In this document: positions 51,401-63,540 of the stretch, piece after piece
How the letters are laid out: each line of letters starts with the position of its first letter
Numbering within the stretch: position 1 is the first letter of the stretch
Assembly: GCF_018350175.1 (NCBI RefSeq)
Contig: NC_058368.1
Span: 13,330,001-13,394,000 of the forward strand
DNA length: 64,000 bases
Source: Felis catus
Lineage: Eukaryota
Reading direction: 5' to 3'
Notes under the pieces: generated by a model
The model's input: only the letters and a program-made list of their open reading frames with translations
What the model was told of the DNA's origin: nothing
The model's database searches: none
Program-made: the position numbers and the translations under genes

Positions 51401-54400
51401 AATAGAATAATAACTGCCTTGTATGACTGTCGGACCAACTGAATGACTGAATGTATATACAGCACTTTGCCAATGGGACTTATACATAGGAGGAACTAAA
51501 AAATACTTATCTTTGCTTTCATTATCAACATTATTTTGCATATAACGCTCTTCATCAACTGCAAAGGTTATTAAAAGCAGCTCCATTTTTCCATAGCTTC
51601 ACTATCCTGTCATTCATGATTACCAACAATGCTTACTGCATGTTGTGGAAAATGTTGGGTTGGCTTCTTTCCCTTCTGCACATGCAATCAGTTTTTTTGT
51701 GAATAAAAGGAAGTCAAGCAGAGGTAAATCAAAGCCCCTGTGCCTCTGAATTCTTCTTTTTTTCCTCATGACGATTAAGGGTTTTTCACAGATGGATTAC
51801 ATTCTTTCCATCATTAGTGAAGCCCATCTTACTGAAAATTCTACTCAGGATATCTGAGAAAGGCAGATCAGTTTGACTATGCAAAGAAACCTATTTCATA
51901 TATAGACAAGAGTATCAGAAAGGAATTAGAAGTAGGAGAGAAGAACTGGGAATTTACCCCCTCCCTCCACATCTGCCCCCACATCTGCCTCCACCACCAC
52001 CTCCAGATGATAAACAGTCACCCTCTTGACACATCCATATGCTGAGAAAGGAACAGCAATATAGCAAACAATTGCCACACACAACGACACAGAACTTTCA
52101 CTTGCCTTCAGGACGTAAAAGGCACCAGGGCACCTTCTGTCAGTCCACGGAGGGGAAGCAATTATTTAGATCCACCCTCCTTATCACCATCCCTGAAGCA
52201 GAAAGCAAAATGAATAACCAGCAAGTGGATATCATTTCCAGACAATGTGTCTCTAAAAACAAAGGCTAAAAAGGACAAACATGTATCTTGAATGTGGCCC
52301 TGATTTGTCTGGACAGTGGCTAGACAAATATAGTTGGCCATTCCTACCAAAAACCAGGAAGGAAGGACAAAGTAGGGACATGTTGCTGCATCTTTCTTAA
52401 GGCCAGTGGCTCTTCAGAATGCCTGAGTGCCACATGTCACATCTCAGATGTTCCTCTGGATGCCCGTCAGTTCAGCTGCCAGAGGAATTTTTCAGGATGG
52501 CTCTGATCCATTCTAAATCTTAGATCCTGATATGGTTCACACTGGCTGATTATTTGTCTGCCTTGCAAGAGGCTAAATTTGTCATCTTTAATTGACAAGA
52601 AAAGTCTGAAATCAGTCAAAGCCAACTGTAGGAAGGGCTGAGAGTCATTGAAAATGCTAGTAGGCAAAGGTCTGTTCCCCAGAAGGGCATTTTGCTCTTC
52701 AGGAAGCACAGATGAGGCATACATGCTGGGGGGGGGGGTGTGTTTCTTTATGTGAATGTGCCTATTTCCCATATCACCTGTACATCATGTAAAGTGACAT
52801 TGCGTCTGGTAATCAAACATTTTCTTTCAGCAGCAGAGGAAATGTTCATGTGCATGATTGCCAGCCCATGAGATAGTGCTTTTCAGGAAGCTTAATCCAG
52901 GACCCCTAGGGTCCAAACCTGTTTCCTAAAGGTCATATGTTTTTCTTCTTCCATATCCCAAGTATAGCACTCTATAAGTTGAATCTTAAAATCTCCAAAG
53001 CACAAGTACTGAACATTTAACACTGGGGTGTCGAGGTAACCTTTAGCAAAAGAAAACAGGCAATCCATACATGATGCTCTGGACATCGTGGTAGCAACGG
53101 GACAATAGGGGACGGGGATAATTTACATATTTAACATACATGATCTGAATAGGCACGTGAAAGCAGACTCGAAGATGTAGGGGACATACAGCAAGACAAG
53201 GTGGAGTGTAAGCAAAGAAAGTACATTGAGAAATCATTGTTCCTTTCTTTTTTTGTAATTAGAAAAAAAAGTTACTCATATTAAAGTATTAACCTGGGTC
53301 AAGCCTTTTTCCAGGGAGCTAACTATGCCAATCCTCTTAACTATAATCACACCAATATGGTGATAAAACCTCCAGAATGCCTGCTTGTGCCTTGTTCAGT
53401 TAAGGAAAATGCATTATGTATGTTTCAGTGTCCTGAACTGAAGGTTATTTAAGGTTGTAAATAGTTTCTTGCTCATATTATCATTTTTAACAAAGATAAG
53501 AAATAGACCAAATAAGCTTCCTGCCTCCAGCCTTCTGTGGTGGTCCTTCCTAAAGATTTGTGAATACAACTTTCAAGTTCCAAAACTTTATTCCAGGATC
53601 CTCCTTTCTGGCAACGTGGAATCTGTGACAGTGAATGGTGCCAGGAGTCCAACAAAGGAGAGATACAAACAATGGCCATAACAATTCTTGTAGGTTCTTC
53701 CTGGTCAGTGATGGTCACTGTTCAGGCTGTAATTCAGATCCTGGGTACGTGGAAGAAAAATCACACAATTCCAGAATCTCCTAGGTGTTGAATGTTGCAA
53801 GATCATTTAGCCCATAAGAGCAATTACAGGGTAGACAGAGGCAAAGGATGTGCACCCTATGTGAGCATTGATGCCCTCCTAGGCTCTGCTCATTTTAAAC
53901 GAGGGCCCATAAGAGTCCTATTTTTACCCCCTCGGGAGGAATAAGAAAGTGGGACTCTATATCCTTGCCCTCTCCACCAACCTTATCTTTGGGAGATGCA
54001 GGGAGATAGGGAGCTACTGTGTTGTTTTATAATCAAAGTCATATGTTTCTCTGCCATATGTTTGATCTGTCCTCTTTATTAGCCCCAGAGATACTGTCAA
54101 ATGCATTTGGTAGCAGAGGGATTAGCAAACTAGAGCTGACATACTCCATTCCAGAACCAGGGAGACTTTGACAGATTCCTCTAATCCATCTGTCTGATTT
54201 TAGGAAAGGCTGTGGGATCTCATCTGTATTGTTTCCTTACAATAGGGAGAGTAGTTCTATGATATGAATGGTGACTTTTAACCCATGTGCTCACTGTTTT
54301 CAGTGATGGGAACTCCTTGTGCACAAAGTCTTGCTCTGTGACACTGAAGGTGACCGGAATTAGTTAATGTTGGCCTCAAATGGATGATCCCTATGAAGAG

Positions 54401-54744
54401 TCCCTTCTTGGATATGTTTGTATCAAGCCACCAAGATCTTGAATAACTGGTTTCAGGAAAGAACATGTTCCTGTTTTGGAAACACGTTTTGGGTGTTGTA
54501 AGAAAAACCAAAGGGAACTGTATTTAACCAAGTGGTTTGGATTTGCTCAACTTCCTAGCATTTAGGGAATTGCTTGGCTTAAATCATCTGGTGTCAGCAA
54601 AGTGGGGAGTCTTCATGAAACTGATCTTTGAGATACTGGATTTTAAGGACTAAACTAAAATGTGACTTTCAAAAGTTAATGTTTCAAATCCATATGGCTT
54701 TGATGGTTGTTCATGTCTCTTCTAAAAGTTAAAATCACATGTGC

Positions 54745-54763
54745 GGACCAACAGGGGGCAGAC
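54745..54763 (+). promoter_or_regulatory. Candidate CTCF binding motif
   Basis: ggaccaacagggggcagac versus core consensus CCASYAGRKGGCRS; lies in unique sequence with local CpGs. Confidence 0.5.
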
Positions 54764-56872
54764 GGGAGCCAGCTGCCAAGGGAGAGATGCAACCCGTTTG
54801 CCAGTTGGAGTGGCCACAGGAAGCAAACAGCCCTGACAGAGATTCTATTCTAGGCAAGCTGACAGACCACTTCAGAAAGATTCCACCACACTTCACTTCA
54901 TCCAGTCCAGATCATCAGGGTGAAGCTGAAACTATCAAGAGAGGGGCCACACTCTCCCAAGAGGCCTGAAGGGACCAGGAAGACACAGAAGCCTCCTTAC
55001 TTACTTCCCTACTGCTATGGCTAAAGAGAAGAGGGGAAATAGGGTAATGTGGAGAGGTTATTCCAGCAACAATGTCTGAAATGGTGTCATAGAGCATTAC
55101 CATGAAGCATTATTGAGGCTATCAGATATCAGTGTCCAGTCTAAGAGATATAAGGTCAAGGAGGTCTTTATGCACAGATCAGGCTGCCTGGTTTAGATCT
55201 CTTCTGTAAGGAGGGCACAACATGCCAATAAGCCAAAGTTTCCCTTGCGTTGTTTTCTATTGCGCGGCCATGACAAGACCTAGAAGTCACTATAGAGACC
55301 AAGGCAAAAAGGTCAAAAACAATTTCATATCTATGTCCCCTTTCGTCTCCAGCCCTAATCCTAGCCCAGAGACATTTTTCTGTTCTTCAAAGGAGTGAAA
55401 AGCATTAGGCTGGAAGTATTTCCTTATAATGCTTTATACATTTTACTCTTGCACAAATAAAGAACCTATGAGAAACTAGGGCACACAGGCTTAACCCCCA
55501 CATCCAAGTGTGTTCACGGGGGACTTCAGACTCATTTTTGTCTTTTGGCACTAACCTATTGGAGAGACTGAAGGCTATGAAGAAGTGCCCCAAAGGGCAT
55601 GCACACCCTAGAGTACCATGACTGCTAGGCAGTGAGGCAGCTCACAGATTGTTTTAACCAAGCCAGAACAGGCTATGCTCTGGAAGGACTAGGAAAGTTC
55701 CTTCTTGAATTTGGTCACAAAATACAGAGCACAGGTGAGTTGCACTCTACAAAGTCAAGTGTGGTTTTATTACACTTAACTGATTTTCGGTGTGATTCAT
55801 TTGTCTTGGCAATTGGACATCTGTGTCCACAAAATGGAGGGCATCCAGCCAAGTGTGGGAATGTTCTGATGAAGTTTGGAATTTGTGTGCGATATTTTCC
55901 ATGCTTGGCTGAATTACTGGTGGAAAGCAAGATGCTGCCTAATGAAAAACATCCCAGAAAGAAGCACAGGATATATTTTTCTGAGATTACTAGTGACTAA
56001 GCAGTTTACTTTTGCCTATTATCATGGCTGAAAAGATGAAGAGATGACATTGCATAAGTTATATTAGTGCCTTACTTTTGAATTGTTTTTTGGTATTAAC
56101 CCTCCCATAGCCTCTTTTTCAACTTCCTCACTTTGCCTTCACAACTTCCTGGTGAGAGGGGAAAACCGGTATTACATAACTTTCAATGGAGGAAAATCAC
56201 ACATAAATAGGTTCAAAGACTTGCTTTGGGGTTCCATAACTCCAACTGATCTTGTATCCCAGAGGGATCTTGGCAGGAAATTTGGATAATTTAAAGAAAA
56301 TTTAATGAAGCGAATTACTACAAAGGCGTAGGCAATGGTAGAGAATTAACTGGGGATAGTGTGAGAGGCTGAGGCTGGTAAAGGCCTAAAGGGACAAGAG
56401 GGGGAAGCAAACACCAAGGGGTCCCTAAAAGGAGGATGAACTTCAGTCAAGGGATGCAACCAGCCCAAAGCAAGCCTGGGTGGCAAAATCCTCTTGCTCT
56501 CCAATAGCCTCCAGGGAGCACTCCTGGGAACGGAGACTCCACAAAAGATGGCCTGTTGTGTCAGCCTCACAAAAAGTCAAGCCTTCCGACTGCTAGTTCC
56601 AGGATCCCCCAATGCCATGCCTATCATTCATTATTGTTTCCCTGATAACTAAGGACAGGTGTGTTATAACCAGGGTTCTAGCCACCCGTGCTGGTGACTG
56701 AGTGACTACATTCCCTAGACTAAGCCTGGCTTCTGCATTCAGTTCAATCTAATTCAGAAAGCACGCTTGAGTCTTGTAGTGTGAGCTACATGTGGGGTGC
56801 ATTCTTATGAGAGATAACCAATTAATGCAATTACCACCCACTCTACAAGGTGCTATGTCTGGTCATATCCCC

Positions 56873-56873
<1 letters not shown>

Positions 56874-56912
<39 letters not shown>
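56874..56912. repeat. (CA)n microsatellite
   Basis: About 19 units. Confidence 0.97.
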
Positions 56913-56915
<3 letters not shown>

Positions 56916-57254
56916 CAAGGCAGATGCACTCAACAGCTCACATAGGAAGATAGAAATGAAGCACATCTTGTGTTTCTGGCTCAGATACTACGAAGTTAAT
57001 TTTAGTTGGAAAACTTCTTAACAGACTTCCAGGAAAGTACCACCCCAAACAACAGAGTTCCTGTGAACATCTGTCTGCTGTTTGCTCAGTGATACCCAAT
57101 GCCAATCTCTAAGTCCAGATCCTCAAATCATTCTGCGAAATTAGTCACCTTGGTGAGGCTCATGATGATATAGAAGAAACTGTTACTGAAAGGAATTGTT
57201 ACATGTTTCGTGGTAGTGGTGGCAGTTGGGGAGCAAATAAGTAAATGTAAGTAT

Positions 57255-57390
57255 ACATGTGTGTACGTGTATGTATGTATGTATTATGGATAGATGGATG
57301 GGTGGATGAGATGATTGAATGGATAGACAGAGGAGTAGATGAATGGATGGTGGGAGGGGTAGGGTAGATGAATGGTATTAGCTGGATGAT
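57255..57390. repeat. (TATG)n / (TGGA)n degenerate simple repeat
   Basis: gtatgtatgtatgt...ggatagatggatgggtggatg...gatgaatggatgg. Confidence 0.85.
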
Positions 57391-57509
57391 GCAAGAGTTA
57401 ATGTGGAGGAGGGACCTACTGAACTCTCCACTCACTATTCTTGGTAAAATTAAGCATGAGGTCCTTCTAACTTCTGAGAAGAAGATTAAGAAAATAGGCT
57501 CTAAAAAAA

Positions 57510-57715
57510 GGGGAGGCATTTGGGTGACTCAAGTGGTTGAGTGTCCAACTCCTAATTTCAGCTCAAGTCACTATCCCACAGTTGTGGGATTGAGCCCCGG
57601 GTCGGGCTCCACACTGAGCATGGAGCCTGCTTGAGATTCTCTCTCTCTTCCTCTGCCCCTCTTCCCCACTCATGCATGTGTTCCCGCTAAAATAAAAAAA
57701 CATAGAAAAAGAAAA
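57510..57715 (+). mobile_element. Can-SINE
   Basis: Body with A-tail; aaaataggctct repeated at 57491 and 57718. Confidence 0.92.
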
Positions 57716-57947
57716 ATAAAATAGGCTCTGGAGTCAAAGTCTTCGATTTAAATTCTGAGCCAAACTTTATTTACTAGCTGAAGCACTTCTCTGTGCCTCT
57801 GTAAGAAACTCCCTCTCACCGCACAGTTGGCCTGCTCTTTTGCAAGTGGTTCAGGAATGCAGTGGCAATGATAATTACCTTAGGGTGATACAGGGATAAA
57901 GATCACCCTATGACCCCCAAGTCATAGCGCTCTATTCAACCTTTTTA

Positions 57948-58168
57948 GGGCACCTGGGTGGCTCAGTGGGATTAAGTGTCCAACTTCGGCTCAGGTCATA
58001 ATCTTTCAGTTCGTGAGTTCGAGCCCTGCATCGGGCTCTGTGCTGTCAGAGCCTGGAGACTGTTTCGCATTCTGTATCTCCCTCTCTCTCTGCCCCTCCT
58101 CTGCTAGGGGAGAGGCACTCTGTCTCTCTCTCTCTCTCAAAATAAATAAACATTAAAAAAATAATAAA
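57948..58168 (+). mobile_element. Can-SINE (SINEC_Fc)
   Basis: gggcacctgggtggctcag...ggctcaggtcataatc...aataaataaacattaaaaaaa. Confidence 0.94.
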
Positions 58169-58284
58169 CTGAGATTGTTGTGACGAATACATAAAATCAA
58201 GTGAGTGAAGAGCCCAGTACATACGTGACATATCATAGTCATAGGATACAGATCTCCTTCTTCTCTTCTCTGGGGATTTACTAG

Positions 58285-58410
58285 TTCATTCAACAACCGC
58301 TACATATTCACTATCTGCCGAATAGTGTGCTACGTGCTAAGGATAAGAAGATGAATATGACATGCAACCTACCCTCAAAAGGCTAGCATTTCTGTAAAGG
58401 GAGATAGGTT
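58285..58410 (-). mobile_element. L2 3' fragment
   Basis: ttcattcaacaa...tgtgctacgtgctaaggataagaagatgaatatgaca...ctaccctcaa. Confidence 0.6.
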
Positions 58411-59264
58411 TGCAAACAAATATAACAGGCATCTCAGCAGTCTGCTCCTTCTTTCTAACCTGCAATGCTTTCAAGAGGGCATCTAAGGAGTAAAAGAAAA
58501 CTTTGGAGAATATATAAATGATTCCTTAAAAAATATTGCTCAAGATAGCAAGGGATGGCCTAAGCCTGGAGTAAGGGAATCTCCACAGGGAGTTTTCCAA
58601 ATCTGTTAGTTTTACCAAATTAGACATGTTCTTATGAAGTTTACTTACATTTTATGCTTGAATGGGTAATGGCAAGATCTTATATTCTGAGATCAGAGGT
58701 TCTTGAAGGAGCACCTCAATCCTGCTTTACCTACTCCTCCTGACTTCAGATAAATGAAAATAAGATCTCACTACCAGTCTGATGGAGGCAGTGAATGGGA
58801 AATGGAATCCTAAAAACCTGCAGTACTAATTGCACTGCGATCTCTCTTTTCATATCACGTAGCCTTGGATTTGGGTTTGCAGAGATCCACCTTCCTGTGC
58901 CGTGTCAGCTAGAACCCCCTGAGAGCCACAGACTGTTGTATGCCTGCAAGTATATGTGGAGCACGCTGTGAAGGAGCAGAGTCACATGACACATAGGAAC
59001 AATGTGAGCGCTGAAGTCACAATGTGCCCTGAGCACCCTATTTCTCTGTCCCACGGCTTTCTTCTGCTCACTCTACATCATGCTCTCACTTTCATTCTTC
59101 TCAAACTCAGCCCTTTTCTATAGATGTCTGAGGCCAATTTATAGACATTTATAGTTGACCCCAATAACAAAAGGAACACTTCTATATTCACCAGATTTCC
59201 AGGACGTGAGTGTCAGTCCTTGATCTCATGTTCAAAAAATATATTCTTTCTTTAAAAAGTTACG

Positions 59265-59480
59265 GTGTAGAGGAAAGACTATATGGCTTTGAGATCTCAT
59301 TTATACCCAAGTATAAGCCCTTATTCTCCCAATTATTAGCTCAGTAACCTTGGACAAGTGACTCAACTGCTCTGAGCAAAGTTTTCCCAACTATTATAGT
59401 TTGTAGTAGAGACAATGAGTAAGTTACATTAGACCACCAGAGGGCCTGACAGATAGCAGGCACTTGTAAGTATACTTGTC
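59265..59480 (+). mobile_element. MIR SINE
   Basis: gtgtagaggaaagact...aaccttggacaagtgactcaactgctctgagc...cctgacagatagcaggcact. Confidence 0.65.
59431..59449 (+). promoter_or_regulatory. Candidate CTCF binding motif within a MIR
   Basis: agaccaccagagggcctga resembles CCACCAGAGGGCGC. Confidence 0.35.
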
Positions 59481-59609
59481 CATTACCATTCAAATAAAAT
59501 ATGATTATTGGTTCTGCATTATTGTAGTAATAGCTGTCCCTCATATGCTGCCTAAGACGTGCAGGCAATCAGCTAGATGATTCCACACACACTTACTAAT
59601 CTTTGTAAG

Positions 59610-59810
59610 AAACTATTTATCACTTGAGAAGCCTTTACTCACAGATTAAGTAAGTGCTTTGTGTGGATTAACTGATTTCATTCTCATAACAACCTATTAT
59701 TATTACTCCTACTTGATAAATGAGAGACTAAAGCACAAAGAGGTCAGGTAACTGGCTCCGGGTCACAGATAGTAAGTGGTGGAAATGGCATTCGATCCAG
59801 TTGGTTCTAC
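59610..59810 (-). mobile_element. MIR SINE
   Basis: aagtgctttgtgtggattaactgatttcattctcataacaaccta...aaatgagagactaaagcacaaagaggtcaggtaactggctccgggtcacag. Confidence 0.85.
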
Positions 59811-61144
59811 AGGCATGCCCTTAATTGTAAGATTGTGAGGCAGGGAGCAGACAGCCAAGTCAGAACTATCTCCCGCAACACGCACACAGAGTCTCCTCAG
59901 TGTGTTGAGATCAGTCTGGTATAGCGCAATCCAAGAAGTGTGAATTGCATCCTGCATGAATCTGGGGGCATCATGGTCTAAGGCTCTGCGGAGTACCCCG
60001 CCAGGACCATTGCATTAAGCCTAAGACTTTATGTAGAATCCTGGAGTACTGCTAAGGCTGAACAGATTTCACAGATCCCAACACATAAAGTGGAAGGAAT
60101 ATGTGCCATACATAAATTTTTAATTTTCTCCCCCTCCTCCTGAGATGCTTTCTATTTGTTCACAGGCATCTTGGGGTGGCGGGGGGAGACTTTAAAACAA
60201 AAGTCCAACATTACAAATTGTGTTGCGTCTCTCTCAAACACCTGGTAATTCTCCAAACCTCGGTAAGAGGAGGCCAGGATGGCACTGTCTGCCCTGGAAC
60301 GCTGAGGAGCCAGAACACGAGGCAGCCCACCCAGGAGGATGCAGGAAGCAAAGAGGAAGGGGATGCTGAAAAACGTCTCTTCTCATTGGTCGTCACTAAT
60401 TTCAGTAGCTTTTTAGCACACTCTCCCCGGATGGAAACAGAACAGTCATCTGTGGAATTCTGAGGAATTCCAAAAGCATGCACCACCACCACCCCCGCCC
60501 CCTTTCAAAAGCTCTTTGAGCCTGGGGCTGCCTGCCAGGACCTCTGAGGTCAGACCTGCCCTAGTAGAGCAGCTCACACACCCACCTCCCTCCCTGCCCC
60601 AGGCTGGCCTTGTCTCTCCCAGTCCCTCAAAGTGCTCCTTCCTCTTGTTTGAGTGATTTCATAAATTAGGCAGCACTTCCGCTCTGAACTCCTCCCCTAG
60701 CCTCCAGTCCTTCCTCTGGAAACATCAACACAGGATTATTTGTGTGGAGCGGGTCAGAGGACATATCGCCCTACCTTTCTCACTGAAACATTATGGCAAG
60801 GTTGCTGGCCAGATTAGCTTCAGGAATTGAATGGGACTGCAGGGTAGTGAGAAGTGGGAGAAGGGAATTCACTTACACAGGCCTGGCTTGGGAGAGGAGC
60901 CTCAGCGTGTATGAGGAGGAAAGCCATGGGAGGGAGGAGAGGAGGCAGCAGGCCAGCCAGGGCCCAGGGGACACCTCTGCCCTGGAATCCGAGGAGAAAA
61001 TGGGTCCATCCGCCTTGGTCAGACTTTGGCTAACTACCCGAAACCCTTCAACCAATAACTGCTGAATTGACTTGAATTCACCTGCATCAAAATTCTAGGC
61101 ACCACACCAGAAACTACTTTTGTTTCTTTGTTCTGTTGTTTCAG

Positions 61145-61750
61145 GAAGCATGTCAAGCTATATATGGCACGCGAACACGTTGGTGTCATTGCTTCCTGCT
61201 CTGTAAACCCAGAGACGTCACCCAAGACCTGGAGGGCTGACATCACAGGACTGGCCGCTCGGTCTGGTAGTGCAGCAGGTTGTTGTGAAGCTGGACCGCT
61301 TTCTGCCCGCTCGGCGTCTGGCCATGGACACGAGGACTTGAGAATGTGATTCATGATCAGCAGTCTGCTTGGCAGGTGATTCTCTGTTCATCCAGGGAAA
61401 GCGCTGAGGAGAGAGGTGTGAGGGCTGCTGAGGGAAGAAGGGTGTGAGCGGTGCCTGGGGCTCCTCCACGGGAGGCCGCCCGTCTGCCATCTGCTCTCAG
61501 AGCCCCGAGCTGTCCAGCCACAGTTGCTGGAACTCAGAAGCGGTGCTGTCTGGGGTTCTTTTCACCCCCTCCCTCTTCCTCTCACCGCTTAGCCAGACCT
61601 GCTTTTCTGAATTCACCTGGGAGGGTGTGCAAGAGCATCGGGTAAGCACTGGGGCTTGAGCCCTCTCGGGAGACTGCTGGAGCCAAGCGAGGCCCGCGGA
61701 GTGCCTTCTGTCTGAAAGCCAAGCAGCCACAGAAGGCCGACTTCCCTTCC
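61145..61750. promoter_or_regulatory. Locally GC- and CpG-enriched unique segment (weak CpG-island-like)
   Basis: About 25 CpGs in about 600 bp by manual count, versus strong CpG depletion elsewhere in the window; not repeat-derived. Confidence 0.4.
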
Positions 61751-61769
61751 TCCACTCCAAGCCTCCTTG

Positions 61770-61920
61770 GCAAAGTTTTCTAAATCCGGGACACTCAAAT
61801 TCTGATCAGTGGACCCACAGCCTCTAGGTCACCTGGGAATTTGACAGAAATACGGGAGCTCAGACTGCACCCAGATCTGCTGAAGCAGAAATGTGCATTT
61901 ACAGGATCCCCGGAAGATCT
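61770..61920. mobile_element. MER5-family (hAT-Charlie) fragment
   Basis: ggtcacctgggaatttgacagaaat...cccagatctgctgaagcagaaatgtgcatttacaggatcccc. Confidence 0.65.
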
Positions 61921-62143
61921 CCTGATGTAAATAGGACAAGTTCTTATCACAGGGGTGTGAAGAATATCTGGAATGCAGATTCATTCCCCACCTTGTCCCA
62001 AATTATCTTTCTCTTTTTTTTTTTTTTTTTTGAAATGTGATGGTTAGAGATTCATTCTTGTAGACTCTCCTCTTTCATCTAAGCAGCGCCTGGGAGGAGA
62101 GTACCTGGGATCCCCTAATTCTTAGTCAAAAAATTAAGAAAAT

Positions 62144-62260
62144 TATTTATTTACTTACTTATTTATTTATTTATTTACTTATTTTACTGAGCCTATATTA
62201 TGTGCCACACATAATACCAGATGCTAGGGATAATTGAGATCAGTGTAAGTTAGTTGTTTT
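62144..62260 (-). mobile_element. (TTTA)n tail plus L2 3' fragment
   Basis: ttatttatttacttacttatttatttat...ttactgagcctatattatgtgccac...atgctagggata. Confidence 0.7.
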
Positions 62261-62909
62261 TACTGGAGAAAGAGAGTTGGTCATTCAGAGAACAGCAGGC
62301 TTCTTTCTGGAAGGAAGGATGATTCAAAGGACAGGAGAGTGGGCACTCCTAAGAGAAGTGTGACCCTCAGGTCTGTCTTGATTTGACCCAACTTGCCTCT
62401 CAGAGCTTATCACATTTATGAGCCAATGCTTCCATTTCCATTCAAAATCGTCCTTTGTCATTTCAACTTAGTGGAAAAACCCAAAGGCATTTTGAAGACC
62501 AAATGTCCAGGTGCATATTTATTTTTAGAAGGAAATGGACCACATCTCATCCAGTCTGCAAAAAAAGAGTAGGCTATGACTCTGTGTACTGAAGCAGTGA
62601 GCAGTACCTCAAGGTGGGCGAATCAAACTCACCAGTGAATGAGCAGCGGCCCCAATTTAGTTATTCTCTCCCAGAGACCACACAGCAAGTGCACTATACG
62701 CGCAAAATTAGTGCTGACATCAAATGTACTGGCAGGAAAAACAAAACCTCCTCTCAAGTTTTCTGACTTGGTTTGAACATCTATGAATGAAGAGCCCCTA
62801 TTTGAATTTTTAAAACATATGGGATGCATGGTGATCTGTTTGCATTTTCCTTTTATTTCATCAGTAACTGAATGAAGTCAACTTTTAATGAGGCAGAATC
62901 CTCTTTGTG

Positions 62910-63540
62910 AACAAATAACAGCAATAATCACAGTTCCTGAGTACTTCTTCTGTGCCAGGTGCCGTTATAAGTGCTTTACAAGTTGGGAGTCAAGTCTCCC
63001 TGGGACACTCACATTGCTACACGTCTTGCAAGCAAGACTGACTGTCTTTGTTCTGGATTATTTTTTTTCCAAGATGTTTGTCTAGCAAACAGCTTTGGAA
63101 CATGGATATACTATCTTCCTCCAGAGCAAGGAGCATGCATGCTTACTGTCCAACATAATGTCTTCCTCTGGAACTGCTCCTGCCCATCCTAAGATTCAGG
63201 CTCCCTAAGCTCAGAGTTCTTCTGGAAGGCGGCCCATTGTGTGTGTGCAGGTGTTTTTGTGTTGCCCTGTGGAAACTGAGCTTGTGAAACCAGCATAAGA
63301 GAATACCGCTACTCTGGCTACTGCTTTTGCTATGAGTCAGAAAGTCCTTTGTCTCTGACCCGGGAGTCTCAAGTCTTCTACCAGCATGAGAAACAGCGGC
63401 AGGATAACTCATCAGATTACAGGTAGGGTAAAATCTGACTCTTCCCAGTTCCTGACAGAAGTAATATCTCATTTAATCCTCTGAACAACCTTAAACAGGT
63501 ACTATTATTGCCACCATTTCACAAATAAGGAAACTGATTA
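62910..63540 (-). mobile_element. MIR split by an LTR (62910-62982 and 63458-63540)
   Basis: ctgagtacttcttctgtgccaggtgccgttataagtgctttaca | atctcatttaatcctctgaacaacc...ccatttcacaaataaggaaactga. Confidence 0.8.
62983..63457 (+). mobile_element. ERV1-class solo LTR (MER89/MER90/MER110-like)
   Basis: aaagtcctttgtctctgacccgggagtctc...gtcttctaccagcat...gtagggtaaaatct...cagttcctgaca, ending in CA; cleanly interrupts a MIR. Confidence 0.75.
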
